Positions 12,836 through 26,126 of a stretch of 64,000 nt of DNA are shown in pieces (positions within the stretch are counted from its first letter, which is position 1; the number at the start of each line of letters is the position of its first letter). A model generated the notes under the pieces. The model ran no database searches, had not been told where the DNA came from, and was given only the letters and a program-made list of their open reading frames with translations. Source of the stretch: Podarcis muralis (lineage: Eukaryota); the NCBI RefSeq assembly GCF_964188315.1, contig NC_135670.1, positions 1,178,001 to 1,242,000 on the forward strand. The letters run 5' to 3'. A program made the position numbers and the translations under genes.

Positions 12836-13056
12836 TGTCCAGTCTTCGAAGTGGGGGGGGGGGGAGAGAGGATAGCTTTTTGTCCTTAATACCCCAGTGC
12901 TCTTCACTAGCCCAGCCAGGATGGTTTGAGCTTTTTTTAGGGAAGCCAAAGTTGTTGAGCTTCTCTGGGGGGAGCCAGTGATCTACCACAGACATCCAGT
13001 GATCTACCAGTAGATCTCGATCTATGATCTGCAGGTCTACCTGTTGGACATGCCTG
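12836..13056. mobile_element. hAT-type MITE fragment
   Basis: Right TIR TTGGACATGCCTG resembles the TIR of the 61595-61843 element. Left end unclear. Confidence 0.4.
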
Positions 13057-13464
13057 CCATAAGCTAACTCATTAATTTCTTACCTGGCACATTTCTGCAA
13101 CTTGTGTTTTGCCTTCAGATCCCAAATATTATCTATATACTTTAACTTCTACCGTTCACTAACACGCTTTAGTACCCCAGATCTATGTCAATACACTGGG
13201 CACACCCTCTCTTGCAATGCTGAAGGGGGCTATTTTCCCATGATATTTGTGACTGATATCGATTGATTGAGTTCCATATCACAAAGAGGAAGCTACAAGC
13301 AAATGCACACAGATTTCTTTATTTTATATATCCATGGAGACAAGGTGGCAAAAACTCATTTAAGTGAAAAAATATATACTTCAAGCTAAAATAAAACACA
13401 GTTTTTAAAAAATCAAAAATAGAACATCTAAAACAAATTTAGAACTGCGTGTAACCAAATTGAT

Positions 13465-13675
13465 TGGTTACATTAGGAAGAACTTCCTGACAGTAAGAGC
13501 TGTTCGACAGTGGAATTTGCTGCCAAGGAGTGTGGTGGAGTCTCCGTATTTGGAGGTCTTTAAGCAGAGGCTTGACAACCATATGTCAGGAGTGCTCTGA
13601 TGGTGTTTCCTGCTTGGCAGGGGGTTGGACTCGATGGCCCTTGTGGTCTATTCCAACTCTATGATTCTATGATTG
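13465..13675 (+). mobile_element. CR1 LINE 3' end
   Basis: AGGAAGAACTTCCTGACAGTAAGAGC...GGGGGTTGGACTCGATG...TTCCAACTCTATGATTCTATGATT, the typical CR1 terminus. Confidence 0.85.
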
Positions 13676-14119
13676 TAGAATCCCCATTCATTCATTCATT
13701 CCCCATTCAACATGGAAAAAAGCATAAACTTAGGTATTTTGAGCTGGCAGCTGTGACCACATAGCTCCTAAATGGGCTCATATTTAATCATCAAGCATAA
13801 TACCTAATCAGGCTTACATTCATTCTAATGATGGGAATAAGTATAAACTTGAAAAACACAGCTCCTCTTCATAGCTGTCAACTTTTCCCTTTTCTTGCGA
13901 GGAATCCTATTTGGAATAAGGGAATTTCCCTTTTAAAAAGGGAAATGTTGACAGCTATGTTCCTCATGCAGCTATAATTATCTATGATTGAATACTTCTT
14001 CCCAGAGCAAGAAACTGTTAGTGCCTGTAATGATGACGACGAAGAAATATTCTGTTCCTTAAAATGGAACAGAATGACAGCTAATTGTAGCTATAGTTGG
14101 AAAATAGGAATTAAGAATT

Positions 14120-17100
14120 TTAATCATTTATCCTTATTAGCTGCCCCCTAGTGTTCAACTCAGGCCTAACCACAATGATATAGCATTTTGGTAAAAATAT
14201 ACAAATCAGTAACCCTGCACTGGAAGCTAAGATGGAGAAGATCTCCACGGCCACCATGTATTTTCCCTTGGTGCTCTGGTAGGTGGGAACAAAGGACAAC
14301 CAAACACTGCAAAACAGAAGCATACTGAAGGTGATAAACTTGGCTTCATTAAAACTGTCAGGCAACTTCCTGGCTAGGAAAGCCACAGTGAAGCTGACAA
14401 TGGCTAGGAAGCCCATAAAGCCCAAGACACAGTAGAACATAATAACTGAACCTTCATTACATTCCAGAACAATTTCTTCGGTCATTGAGTGCATGTCAAA
14501 ATGCAAGAATGGGGGAGAGGTTGCCAGCCACACAGCACAAATAGTGGTTTGAATAAGGGAGCACGACAGAACAATGGAAAAGGCCAGTCTTTTCCCTATC
14601 CATTTCCTCATCCTGGACCCAGGCTTGGTCGCCGCGAAAGCCATGATGACGGTGATGGTTTTGGCCAAGACACAAGAAACTGCCATTGAGAAGATAATGC
14701 CAAAGGCAGGTTGTCGAAAGAGGCATGGTATCTTCTCAGGCTGACCAATGAATAGGAGTACACAAAGGAAGCAGAGCAGTAGGGAGATGAGGAGACCGTA
14801 GGTGAGGCTCCGGTTGTTGGCTTTGACTATGGGAGTGTCTTTGTGCTTAATGAAGACTCCAAGTACCAGAGCTGTGAGGAAAGAGAAGGAAAGAGCAAAA
14901 ATGGCCAGACTGGTCCCCAAAGGTTCGTCATAAGACAAGAAGCTTATCTTTTTTGGAATGCATAAATCCTGGTCACGGTTTGGATATTGATCTTCTTGAC
15001 ACTGAATGCAGTCATCCATGTCTGTAAAAAAAATAGCTTTTTATATATGGTAACCCCGTATATGGGGCAATATAATAATAATTCCTTAAAATTCAAAAGT
15101 GCTCTATGAGGGCTGATCATTGAAAGCTAATTTCATGACCTAAAAAATGTAATGATGTTTGCAAGAAGTCACTGGGATGATCCAGAGAAACTTTGTACTT
15201 GGAACATCTCATATTAAGCTTCAGACAAAATCTTTCTTAATCCTAAAACTGAGGTTGCTTTCTCTCTTTGCACAGCACAACCTCGAAGATAGTACCACCT
15301 CAGCTTTTATTGGAACATAGTGTAACATGTTTTGCCTTTTCTCAGATGAGGTGCTACACACAATCAGTCATCATATCGTTCTTTTTCTTGGCGATATTAT
15401 GGATACCAACCATATATTTATTTTTTAGAGGTTTTTGTACATGATATTTCTTACCTGTCTTATTTGAGATCTTCCCTTCTGGACAAGGCAAACAGTCATA
15501 GCAACAAAATGGTCTCCCTTCCTTCTTAGCCCTCCTATAACCCAGATGACAGTTGTCATTACACAATGAACGGGGCGGTGTCTGTGCACAATTGAAAGAC
15601 ATAATGCATTTTAACACTCAGAAAGTACAATTTTGGAGTTTGGATATCATAGGTCATTATACATTAAGAAATTTCTTGATTCTGGAAAGACAGGAACCGT
15701 TTGGGGACATTCTACTCATGTGTAAAACCAACGGAATACTGCACTAAACTTCCTCTGCCCCGGCTTCAGCTTTTATTCCTGTTGCTCTTCAAGAGTTCTA
15801 CCAGCATTCAAAATCACTCGGGGAGCCTCCATTAATATGGAGCTGAAAGGGATTTGAAACAGGTGTAAGTCTCTCATTGCCCCATCCCACCTTTGTCATA
15901 CACCTTCCATGCTACAGGAATTCCACCTTGGGGGGGGGGGCGCACTTACACCAGCTTATGTTGCACTGATCTAAACCTCATTGTCTGAGATGTTATACCT
16001 TTGGTTCAGCTAGGGTGAGGTATTTACCCCAATGTAAGCTTCCACTGAGCCTTTGCTCAGCTAGGAAAGCCTAAGATCTGCTGAATCCAAACTCGGATTT
16101 AGATTTAACTATGAAGTCTGTTTTTCCGAACAAACACAGACCTCCTGTCAATCATGGGGCCTGATAAATCAGGATTAACGGCTGACAACAGACAGTATAT
16201 AAACAGCATTTCACTATTTTAGCATTGCTGAAATGAGTTGAATCTGTCCCCAGTTCCAGACACCACACAGAGGCAGCTTAAGGTCCAAAACAGTTTACTG
16301 CTGGAGAAGATAAGGCTTCAGTAATACAGTTCCAGCCACACACAGACACGTTGTAGGCTTTGCAGATACAGATACAGATATAATAGTTCAAAGCAAATTT
16401 CAGTTGTTCAACTAATTCAAGATGTAACACAGACTCTGACTCACTTTTCAAGACTAACCCTAACACACAGCACCCACCCCAACATTAATGAGCTGACATG
16501 CCTTAATAACTTATATAGTCAGCACTGGTTGACTTATCTCGTACAAAGGGTGATTTGTGCTCATGAAGGAAATAAACCCCCTCGTCCATGTCCAGTTCAT
16601 CCAACGGCTGATATATCTGGAAGTGAACACAGACCCTACCTGGTTGAATTTGCTGGGCCATATAATGTCATCTGCAGAAATGGTGAGCACTTTGCCAGTA
16701 TGAGCTTGTGGGTCTATTTTTCCAACTCTCACTCTAAGAAAAGATTGGTTTGGGAATGTGATCCAATTTATAATATCAAATCCAGCAACTAAGGACCCAT
16801 TTTCATCAAAGGATACCTTTTCCCCAGAACTGTTGTTAAACGAAACATATCTCAGGTAGTGGTGGAGCTAAAGTAGGATAGAAAAGACACAGAGAACAAA
16901 GCATTGCAGAGGATATTAAAATGTAAGATTCCATGGTGGTGGCAATATTCCACAGCTGAGTACCGTGATTAATGTGTGTTTTAGAAGCTTTGTGCAGACT
17001 GACCATATTGAAAAGTCTAAATATTAAAGGACATATGTTGTTTTAACAACAACAAATTCAATCCATGAGCATGATATTTGAGAGTGCCTTTAAAAAACCA

Positions 17101-20100
17101 AACCAGAACTAGGGATAAAGTAAACAAAACAAAACCAACAATTTCCCTCTAAACTGTTGTTTTATTGCAGGAGTATTCTGCAAATTTGACACGCAAATTT
17201 CCTGTGAAATAGAAGCTATAGGAGACCACCCTAAAATGCTTGGTAATAATTCAATTTCCTACACATTCTGATTAGTTTTGCATCTACAGATATGGATAAT
17301 AATGCATTAATCTGCTGAGGATATTACCTGCCATGGTTGTGTCCATCCCCCTCTATTTGCAATTGCTCTCTGCTTGGATTTGAGTAATTCAATGTTGTGC
17401 AGAACATGCGCCACAGCATAGACAGCATTGTATATGCTATAGCTGTGGCCAGTCATGCTCATTTCAAAAACTGTTGCAGGTAGAGTCTCCAGCTTCTCCT
17501 CTCCAGTGCAGATTTTGCTGTCCACATTGTCTACTACGGATCTTAAGAAGGAACATTTAAATGCATGTTCCCAAAAGTCTCTGATAAAGTCATCTCCTTT
17601 TGTCAAGGTAGGATCTCTTACTTGAAGGAGTTTCTGGAATCCTAGCAACTCACTTGAATGTATTGCAAAGGATATGGCTCCATGGATTAACTCTATGCCA
17701 CAACTTATTGGAAAGGAAGGTGATGTGAAATCCATCTGGGCTGTCATAATCCAGACCTTTGTTTTCACTGGTATATCAAAAAATGCTGAGGAACAGACTG
17801 ATGCTCTCATATAAGCCATGGTCTGAATTTCACCATGTACAACCAAAGCACTGGCAGTGCTACCCATGATAACCTTTACCATTTGAATCCCATAGTCCAC
17901 CATTACATCGGCATTGCTGGCAAATGTTGGTTCTGGGATTTTGTCTATGAAATCAAAGCAGATGCCACTCTGAGAGAACTTGGGAAGTACATTCTGTACA
18001 AATCTCTTACCATTGCTGTCATCCAAATAAAGTATGCCAATCCAGGTCCACCTGAAATGAAGGAGTAACTGGAGCATGCCCTTATACTGATGGTCCACAT
18101 TTGGGAACATCTGGTGGAAGAAAACTCCTTGCATTTTGTTATCCGTTATTAGGGCAGAGCCATATGAGAGCTAAACAACATTTCAAACGAGGAGAAGAAG
18201 AAGAAGAAGAGTTTGGATTTGATATCCCGCCTTTCACTCCCCTTAAGGAGTCTCAAAGCGGCTAACATTCTCCTTTCCCTTCCTCCCCCACAACAAACAC
18301 TCTGTGAGGTGAGTGGGGCTGAGAGACTTCAAAGAAGTGTGACTAGCCCAAGGTCACCCAGCAGCTGCATGTGGAGGAGCGGAGACGCGAACCCGGTTCC
18401 CCAGATTACGAGACTACTGCTCTTAACCACTACACCACACTGGCCATCTCAGGAGATGGAAAAGTTATTTTTAAGACGATGTTTTCCAAAGTAAAACAAA
18501 TTTTGAGTTGGGGGTGTGTGATGCAAAATGATTATGCATCTCCCCCAATTATCTACTGAGATCCCATCCAGATTTCATCTTGTTGCTTAAGCGAGTATCT
18601 ATGAACCATGATGATTCAAAATCTTCTCAGTTCCTACAGGTGGGATAGACTGAAGAAGGCATAGACACTGGGTTTGATCCAGTGCTTACGGTCCATCAGC
18701 TGTATTGGAAATGAGATCGTTTTTGGTGATCTCTTTCCCCATTGCAGTATTCCACACAAACCAAGTGTCGCTAATGAGAGCCCCCCCACCAACGCCACCA
18801 TTTGTAGAAGTTGGCATGGGGAACTCCAGGGTGGAAGAGGGATAGTAAATAATGGCCCTTCCTCCCAGTTGCACTGATAGATTCTACTCTATCTGCAAAT
18901 AATCACCATATGATACTATTGTTATTTAATGCACCCACACAGAAGATTTGCTGCCAAGCTGCGGTAGATATTCCACAAGGGTTGCAGACAGGAGCACTGA
19001 GGTATAAACAGGGCAAGAGCTGGGAGGTCAGTGGACCAGGTCAGGGCAGCAAATTGTGCTTGCACCCTATTTATCTTCCCAACATACTGGAGATGAAAAG
19101 CACATCAAGCGATGAAGAGCTAAAGATGTTTGTATTCTGTTATGCTTTAAGCTTGGATCATAGCACACTGGTTCGAAACACTGGTCAGCAGCTTTAGTTG
19201 AGGAACATTACATTCCCCATAACTTTGTTTATATCCCTTCTTAGCTTTCTTTGTTTCTTTTTCTTTTTTAGAATTTGCTGTGACATGGAGCTGGCAGCCA
19301 AAATATGTCCTGAAATTTCATTATTAGAGCTACCTCTTACTTACCTACAACAGAAGTGTGCCTGGTTCCGAACAACTATTTTAAATGATCCCAAGCACAA
19401 TGTGGTGCAGTTCAAGGCTAATTATTATGGAACACACAATATGCTGGAATTTTTCATTTTTTTAAAATATTAACTAATATGTTGCATAAAAACTTTGTAG
19501 TTTAAGATTTAAGTTTTTGTATTAATGTTTAATTTATTTATTTATTAAAGTATGTTTTTAGCCATTTGTGTTTTTTATCTGTAAGCCACATTGAGTCCCT
19601 GTCTGGGAATAATGTGGGGGATGGATGGATGAATGGATGGATAAATAAATAAATAAATAAATAAATGAACATTTCTTTTTTTAAAAAATATGTCCCTCTC
19701 TCCATCCCTCAGACGCTCATATCTAACAAATATATTGCTCCACAAATTGTTTCTGAAAGCCCACTCAGATCTAAAAACTGAAAGAAAACAAAATATAATA
19801 TTTGGCCTATCAGAAACTAGTTGCCCTTTGGATCCTAGCCAATATTTGCAGTAACAAAAACCTTCAAGAATGTAGAAAATTTCTTTATTTCCCTGTAAGT
19901 GGTTATGCGCATGAATACCAGAATAGCCAACTCTGAATCAACTGTAAATACTCTTTTTCTTGGACAGAATGTTATGCCTAAACTGAGTAAAAGGTGTTCC
20001 GATTTATCTCAAACCCTCTTTATAATCTCCACAAGAAAAACTTCACTTTGAAGAAAGCAGGATAGACAAGAGCTCTCTAAATTCCTGTACTTTATGTGAA

Positions 20101-21080
20101 CAACTTACCTGCGGGATCTTGTAGTTATACAGCATGTCTGCCATGTTGAGATCAACATCAGAATTAGGTCCCCCAATGACTGCTACCAGATTTTCCTGGG
20201 TATCACACTTGTAGTTAGGAAAAAACGTGCCCTTTGTGGAGAGAAGTTCCATGGAGGCAAGATATATGGATCTTGCACTGAATTCACTGTTACAGACATG
20301 GGCACCCAGGCTGATGTTGGCTAAGATCTGGGGATTTTCATTTATTTCTTTTAAAGCAAAAACCAAGGCCAGGATGTGCTGGTAATGCTGCGTCAGAACT
20401 CTAAAATGAAAGAAATTGCCACCTTAAAATGAGTGTGCTAAAGATTTCAAGTCAATACTCAATTACTAAACATTCTTGCGCTATATGGCCAAGGTTGAGG
20501 AACACATGAATTGATTTTTACATTCACACCTCAACTTTTGACTTGCATGCATTTTATTCAAATAATATCCCTCTTTTGGTAGCTTTTAAATAGCACATGC
20601 AATATATTTAAATCCAGGTTATCTACTATGTTACTGATACTGGCTATCATTATTTTTTCTTTTCTTTAAGGAAGCTATAACTGCCCCCCGCCATCTCTTT
20701 TGACCAATGTAGATAAAATTCCCAGGCATTGCAACATCTATAGATTGAATATAGATTGACAGGCAAATAGGCCCACAGATTTTGAAAACTATAATAGAAT
20801 CAGACCAGCAACAAACATTATCAGGATAGATATGGTACATTTAAGAAAACCCAACTCCTTACATGAGATCACCAAAAAGTTCAGGAGAGGGACGGTTTTG
20901 GAAGCAAATCGTATCTAAAAAACGGAAGATATGAGAAATAATGCCACCAATTATGAGGTCTCCTGACTGATGATACTTGTGATGAATAGGAAGAGGGCGA
21001 CTAACATTGCATCTAGAAATAGGAACCTTGCTCACTGCTTGAGGAAGCAGTACTAATACCAACGCCACAAATATCACCAT
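14120..21080 (-). CDS. V2R gene 2: vomeronasal type-2 receptor, 6 exons, ~869 aa, intact
   Basis: Exons (minus) 21080-20863, 20400-20109, 18170-17328, 16867-16640, 15581-15455, 15021-14120. Canonical splice sites, 2610 nt open frame, same V2R motifs as gene 1. Confidence 0.95.
18191..18444 (-). mobile_element. tRNA-derived squamate SINE with (CTT)n tail (family A)
   Basis: GCCAGTGTGGTGTAGTGGTTAAG head with A/B-box-like motifs, end GGATATCAAATCCAAACTC(TTC)n. Five copies in the window. Confidence 0.88.
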
Positions 21081-21240
21081 ACTGCATAAAAACCTCCTTT
21101 CTAGAAACCAAATAACCTGTTCCTACATCGGCAAGTCTCTGGCTTGAATGTCCACTCACTCAGAAGACTGAAGCCAGGGTGATACGATACAAAGTTTTAG
21201 CAATCAGACTGATGCAGTCCTGTGCACCTCAAGCCCCAGC

Positions 21241-21343
21241 TCTGAATGGTGCAGGTGATATTAAAAGCAACCCTCTGTCTTGCTTCGATGTTTTGCTACT
21301 GAACACTGGAACTCTCTGTAGAACTGGAGAAGTAATCATAGTT
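21241..21343 (-). promoter_or_regulatory. Putative conserved V2R promoter boxes upstream of gene 2
   Basis: AACTATGATTACTTCTCC at -263 and TGCACCATTCAGA at -173 from the ATG, matched in gene 3 at -271 and -172. Confidence 0.55.
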
Positions 21344-21639
21344 ATTGTCATAATCGCAAGAGAGATAATCACCTGCGCAGCATTGCAGCCTCTGAGACAA
21401 GGTGGAGGGGGGGGATGTTTATCACACTTCAGCAGCAGTTCCTATTTTATCCTCCTTAATAAGACATCAAAAGACTAACAGTAACAAAATAAAATAAAGA
21501 CCACAAGGACTTTGTGGTCTTCAAAAAGAAAAGAAAGAGGCTCTTAAACGATAGCCAGTTCGCAAGATAGTTTGTGCATTCCAAATTGGGCTAGGATTTC
21601 ATAATGCAAATGGAATTATCCATTGTTATACTATGAATT

Positions 21640-22158
21640 GTTGTTGTTGTTTAGTTGTTTAGTCATGTCCGACTCTTCGTGACCCCCTGGACCAGAGCAC
21701 GCCAGGCACTTCTGTCTTCCACTGCCTCCCGCAGTTTAATCAAACTCAGGTTGGTAGCTTCGAGAACACTATCCCACCATCTCGTCCTCTCTCGTCCCCT
21801 TCTCCTTGTGCCCTCCATCTTTCCCAACATCAGGGTCTTTTCCAGGGAGTCTTCTCTTCTCATGAGGTGGCCAAAGTATTGGAGCCTCAGCTTCAGGATC
21901 TGTCCTTCCAGTGAGCCCTCAGGGCTGAATTCCTTAAGAATGGAGAGGTTTGGTCTTCTTGCAGTCCATGGGACTCTCAAGAGTCTCCTCCAGCACCAGA
22001 ATTCAAAAGCACCAATTCTTCAGCGATCAGCCTTCTTTATGATCCAGCTCTCACTTCCATACATCACTACTGGGAAAAGCATAGCTTTTACTATACGGAC
22101 CTTTGTTGGCAAGGTGATGTCTCTACTTTTTAAGAAGCTGTCTAGGTTTGCCATCGCT
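21640..22158 (-). mobile_element. BovB (RTE clade LINE), 5'-truncated
   Basis: ORF ...LKLRLQYFGHLMRREDSLEKTLMLGK..., (CAA)n tail, 14-bp TSD TTATACTATGAATT at 21626-21639 and 22159-22172. Confidence 0.92.
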
Positions 22159-22800
22159 TTATACTATGAATTAAGGTTTCATAATTCCAGTAGAGTTTTG
22201 TTTAATTCCAGTAAAGGGAAAATAAAGTGGGTGATATCCTTGATGGCAGGACTGGGGTGGATGGATGGGAAATTTCCATCAGAATTAGGAGATGGAAGGT
22301 TCAAAAGCTTCCTCTTCCAGCAATGCCCCTTGTGCTGCTCAGCTGACTGGCAAACAGCAGATGGTCATGAAAAGTGGTCCGCAGAAAAAAGTGTGAAAAT
22401 TATCTGGAGCCCAACCTTCTTCATGCTGTTTGACCCATCGCAGGTTGTGTTGTGGGCCACGTAAGATTAGGCAGTGGGCAAGAAGCAGCCTGCTGAACAC
22501 AGATTGCACACTTCTGAACAAGAAATAGAGTGGGGAACCATGTTTATTCCAGACTTTGCATACTGACTGGACAGGACAGATTTTCTCAAAGGCCTGTTGG
22601 GAGCTATGTATAGTGACGGGAAAATGTAGAAATTCCCTCTTCCTGGAAGAATTATATGCATATGGGAGCTGAAAAACACACACAGTGACTAGCTGATGTG
22701 CCCAGTAACCACTCAACTTACATCAGCATTGTTATAAGAATCCTAAGGTGTCATAAATAAAATGAACGTTCATAAGTGCACAAGGTTAAACACACATGCA

Positions 22801-24713
22801 TCAGGTGATTCGAGACTCAGGTGGTTCGCAATTTAGCTGAACCACCTGCTCCATCGGGGCCCAGTACGGGCCACATGATCTCCTGCAATGATTTCGCAAA
22901 GTTTTTTTGCAGATAAAGTCGCTCAGATTCAGGAAGAGGTAGACTCCACTGTGGGAGCAGGGCCGGGGTGGGGAGAGTGCTAGAGTCAAGTTGCGTGGGA
23001 TCACTTCCAATCTGTTACCTCCAAGGATGTGGACAGGCTGCTTGGACGAGTGAAACCAACCACCTGTCTCCTGGATCCTTGCCCATCCTGGCTTATAAAA
23101 GCTAGCCGGGAAGGGCTGGGCGATAGGCTTTGCGGGGTGGTGAATGCTTCTCTCTATGAGGGAGCCTTCCCAGACCTCCTGAAAGAGGCGGTCCTTAAAC
23201 TGCTTCTTAAAAAAAACAATTCTAGACCCGGCCAACATGGCCAACTATCATCCAGTCTCAAATTTACCATTCTTGGGCAAGGTGATTGAGCGAGTGGTTG
23301 CTGAACAACTCCAGGCACACCTGGAGGATGCAGACCATTTGGATCCCTTCCAGTCGGGATTCAGGCCTCATCATGGGACTGAAACTGCCTCGGTCATGCT
23401 GGTCGATGATCTCCGGCGGGCTAGGGAGAAAAGTGAGAGCTGTTTCCTAGTTCTGCTGGATCTCTGAGCGGCTTTCGATACAATTGACCATAACATCCTT
23501 CTGGACTGTCTAGAGGGACTGGGAGCTGGGGGCACTGTCATACAGTGGTTCCACTCCTTCCTCCTGGGCCGTGTCCAGAAAGTGGTAGTAGGGGATGAGT
23601 GTTCAGACCCCTGGACCCTCACTTGTGGGGTGCCTCAGGGTTATGTCCTCTCCCCCATGCTTTTCAACATCTACATGAAGCCGCTGGGAGAGATCATCAG
23701 GGGATTTGGGCTGGATGTTCCATCAGTATGCGAATGATACCCAACTCTACCTCTCTTTCAAATCAGAACCAGTGAAGGCGGTGAAGGTCCTGTGTGAGTG
23801 TCTGGAGGCGGTTGGAGGATGGATGGCGGCTAACAGATTGAGGTTGAATCCTGTCTTGGGGGACAGGAGGCGGGCGGGTGTGGAGGACTCCCTGGTCATG
23901 AATGGGGTAACTGTGCCCCTGAAGGACCAGGTGTGCAACCTGGGAGTCATTTTGGACTCACAGCTGTCCATGGAGGTGCAGTTCAATTCTGTGTCCAGGG
24001 CAGCTGTTTACCAGCTCCATCTGGTACGCAGGCTGAGACCCTTCCTGCCCACAGACTGTCTCGCCAGAGTGGTGCATGCTCTGGTTATCTCCCGCTTGGA
24101 CTACTGCAATGTATTCTATGTGGGGCTGCCTTTGAAGGTGACCCGGAAACTGCAACCAATCCAGAATGCGGCAGCTAGACTGGTGACTGGGGGCGGCCGC
24201 CAAGACCACATAACACCAGTCTTGAAAGACCTACATTGGCTCCCAGTACATTTCCGAGCACAATTCAAAGTGTTAGTGCTGACCTTGAAAGCCCTAGATG
24301 GCCTCGGTCCAGTATACCTGAAGGAGAGTCTCCACCCCCATCATTCTGCCAGGACACTGAGGTCCAGCGCCGAGGGCCTTCTGGCGGTTCCCTCACTGTG
24401 AGAAGTGAGGTTATAGGGAACCAGGCAGAGGGCCTTCTCGGTAGTGGCACCCGCTCTGTGGAACACCCTCCCAGCAGATGTCAAAGAGACAAACAACTAG
24501 TACCAGATTTTTAGAAGACATCTGAAGGCAGCTCTGTTTAGGGAAGCTTTTAATGTTTAATAGACTACTGTATTTTAATACTTTGTTGGAAGCCGCCCAG
24601 AGAGTGGCTGGGGAAACCCAACCAGATTGGCAGGGTATAAATAATAAATTCTATTCTATTCTATTCTATTCTATTCTATTCTATTCTATTCTATTCTATT
24701 CTATTCTATTCTA
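22801..24713 (+). mobile_element. L2-clade LINE, 5'-truncated, dead reverse transcriptase
   Basis: RT blocks NYHPVSNLPFLGKVIE, QSGFRPHHGTETA, LDLS*AFDTID, GVPQG, HQYANDTQLY (YADD->YAND). Stops and frameshifts present. (ATTCT)n tail. Confidence 0.9.
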
Positions 24714-25525
24714 CTTAAACCACATATCTTAAATAGTACAGGAGAGCAATCCTGAAGCCATCTTGACTCTTAATGACCCCAAATATTTCCTCTGCAGAAA
24801 GAAATGTCTTGGAAAAACCTCTCCCAATAGTTCTTTTCACTTACAGATTCTTTAAATCCTGTCCAAAGGGCATATTTTGTGTATGAATAGGGTAAGTCTG
24901 TGAACTGGATTCAAGAACTAAGGTATTTACCATTTCAAAAGCATGACCCAGACTGGCCAAGGTGAGGGCAACCAGCAAACCTTATCAGATTATCTTGACA
25001 AATGGGAGACAAGCTGCACTCTCGGATTTCTGTTGTAGACCACATCTTTCTGTGATGCTTTTGGGTGATCTTTGGCTAAGGGACTGCACAATTTCTAGTG
25101 TATTTAAAAGCTGTGACACACCTTTCTTCTGAGTCCTCACCTCCTTGTGGGGTGTGTGTGGGGGACTCTGTTGCAAGACAAAAAAGGTCTTCCTTGCTTC
25201 CCTTCTCCTGGTTCCTGCCTCCACTCACTTTCCTCTGACAGATAAATCCAATTTTTTCCTACAACAGTATCTAAGTGCTCAACTTACATTGGTATTGTGG
25301 GTGCTGCATAAAGAACTCATTTATGTGGGAACAGGAGGCTAGACTAGATGGACTCCCAGTCTGATCCAGCAAGGCTTGTTGGGTAATATAACTGGGTAAC
25401 AGGTATTTTATCATCCAGCTGGATAGTTCAGTTGGTTAGAGTGTGGTGCTGATAAAGTCTGGGTCACAGGTTCGATCTCTGCATGGGACAGTTGCATCTT
25501 CCTGCATATTCCCTCCCAACCCTAC

Positions 25526-26126
25526 TGTGATGGCCTGGGAATCTGATTCAGAGGCTGAATCGGAGGAATCCCAGCCTGCACAGGATTCCCCGCCTCCAGA
25601 ACCAGCTGAACTGGGACTGGGGCTTGAGCCTGAAGGGTCTTCACCTGCGCTGGATCCTCAGGTACAGGCACCAGCTGAGTCTGCTCTGGCTCCTGAGGGG
25701 ATGGAGGACCCATTGCCTGCAGGTGCTCCACTCTCAGCCCCATCAGAGGAGGCTGAGGTTGCCTCTGGGTCCGGTAACCCTTCAGCCTCTCCTGAGCTGC
25801 AGAGGCTCAGGGCAGAGAGGCAGAGGGAACTAAGTTCTCTCAGGAGGAGGGCTCGCCTTAAGGCCAAGTCACCTGTGGGCCGGGACCGCCCTAGGCCCCA
25901 GAGGAGATAAAGGCCAGTCAGCCAAGTTCCAGGTTGCGGGAGCAACATCGCTGTAAACCTGTTCCTGCCAGCACCCTCACCTGCTCTTCTGGAGTTCCTG
26001 ACCACGCCCTGCTCCTTGCCTTGGACCTCGCTTCGCCCTTGACGGACAGCCTCCAGACCCTTGACCCAGGACCGGACTCAGACCACGCCGTACGGAACCC
26101 CCCCCCCCCCCCCCAGGACCAGCACA
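25526..26126 (+). mobile_element. Solo LTR (601 bp, TG...CA, 5-bp TSD)
   Basis: Begins TGTGATGG, ends CCAGCACA, CCTAC on both sides (25521-25525 and 26127-26131). Confidence 0.85.
25530..25910 (+). other. LTR-internal ORF, 126 aa, acidic/Pro-rich N-terminus and basic C-terminus, function unknown
   Basis: ATG 4 nt after the LTR start: MAWESDSEAESEESQPAQDSPPPEP...ELQRLRAERQRELSSLRRRARLKAKSPVGRDRPRPQRR*. Expression not shown. Confidence 0.4.

Noticed and set aside
18213-18559. Recurring MDLIS.../MEERR... ORFs (also 31296, 37839, 46607, 50169)
   Set aside because: All are translations of SINE family A copies.
18560-19200. Possible processed pseudogene in gene 2 intron 2
   Set aside because: Coding-like composition, but no frame gave a recognisable protein and no poly(A)/TSD was seen. 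It needs a BLASTx search.
23029-24401. RT ORFs as a functional retroelement or retron-like system
   Set aside because: Fragmented by stops and frameshifts, catalytic YADD is YAND, and the element is 5'-truncated: an ordinary dead L2 copy.
25415-25495. tRNA-Ile-like sequence as a tRNA gene
   Set aside because: Degenerate stems and continuation into a CR1-like tail mark it as a SINE head.
26097-26114. Long C/G homopolymers (also near 12852, 15928, 35989, 63257) as G-quadruplex elements
   Set aside because: Single runs that are error-prone in sequencing, with no supporting pattern.
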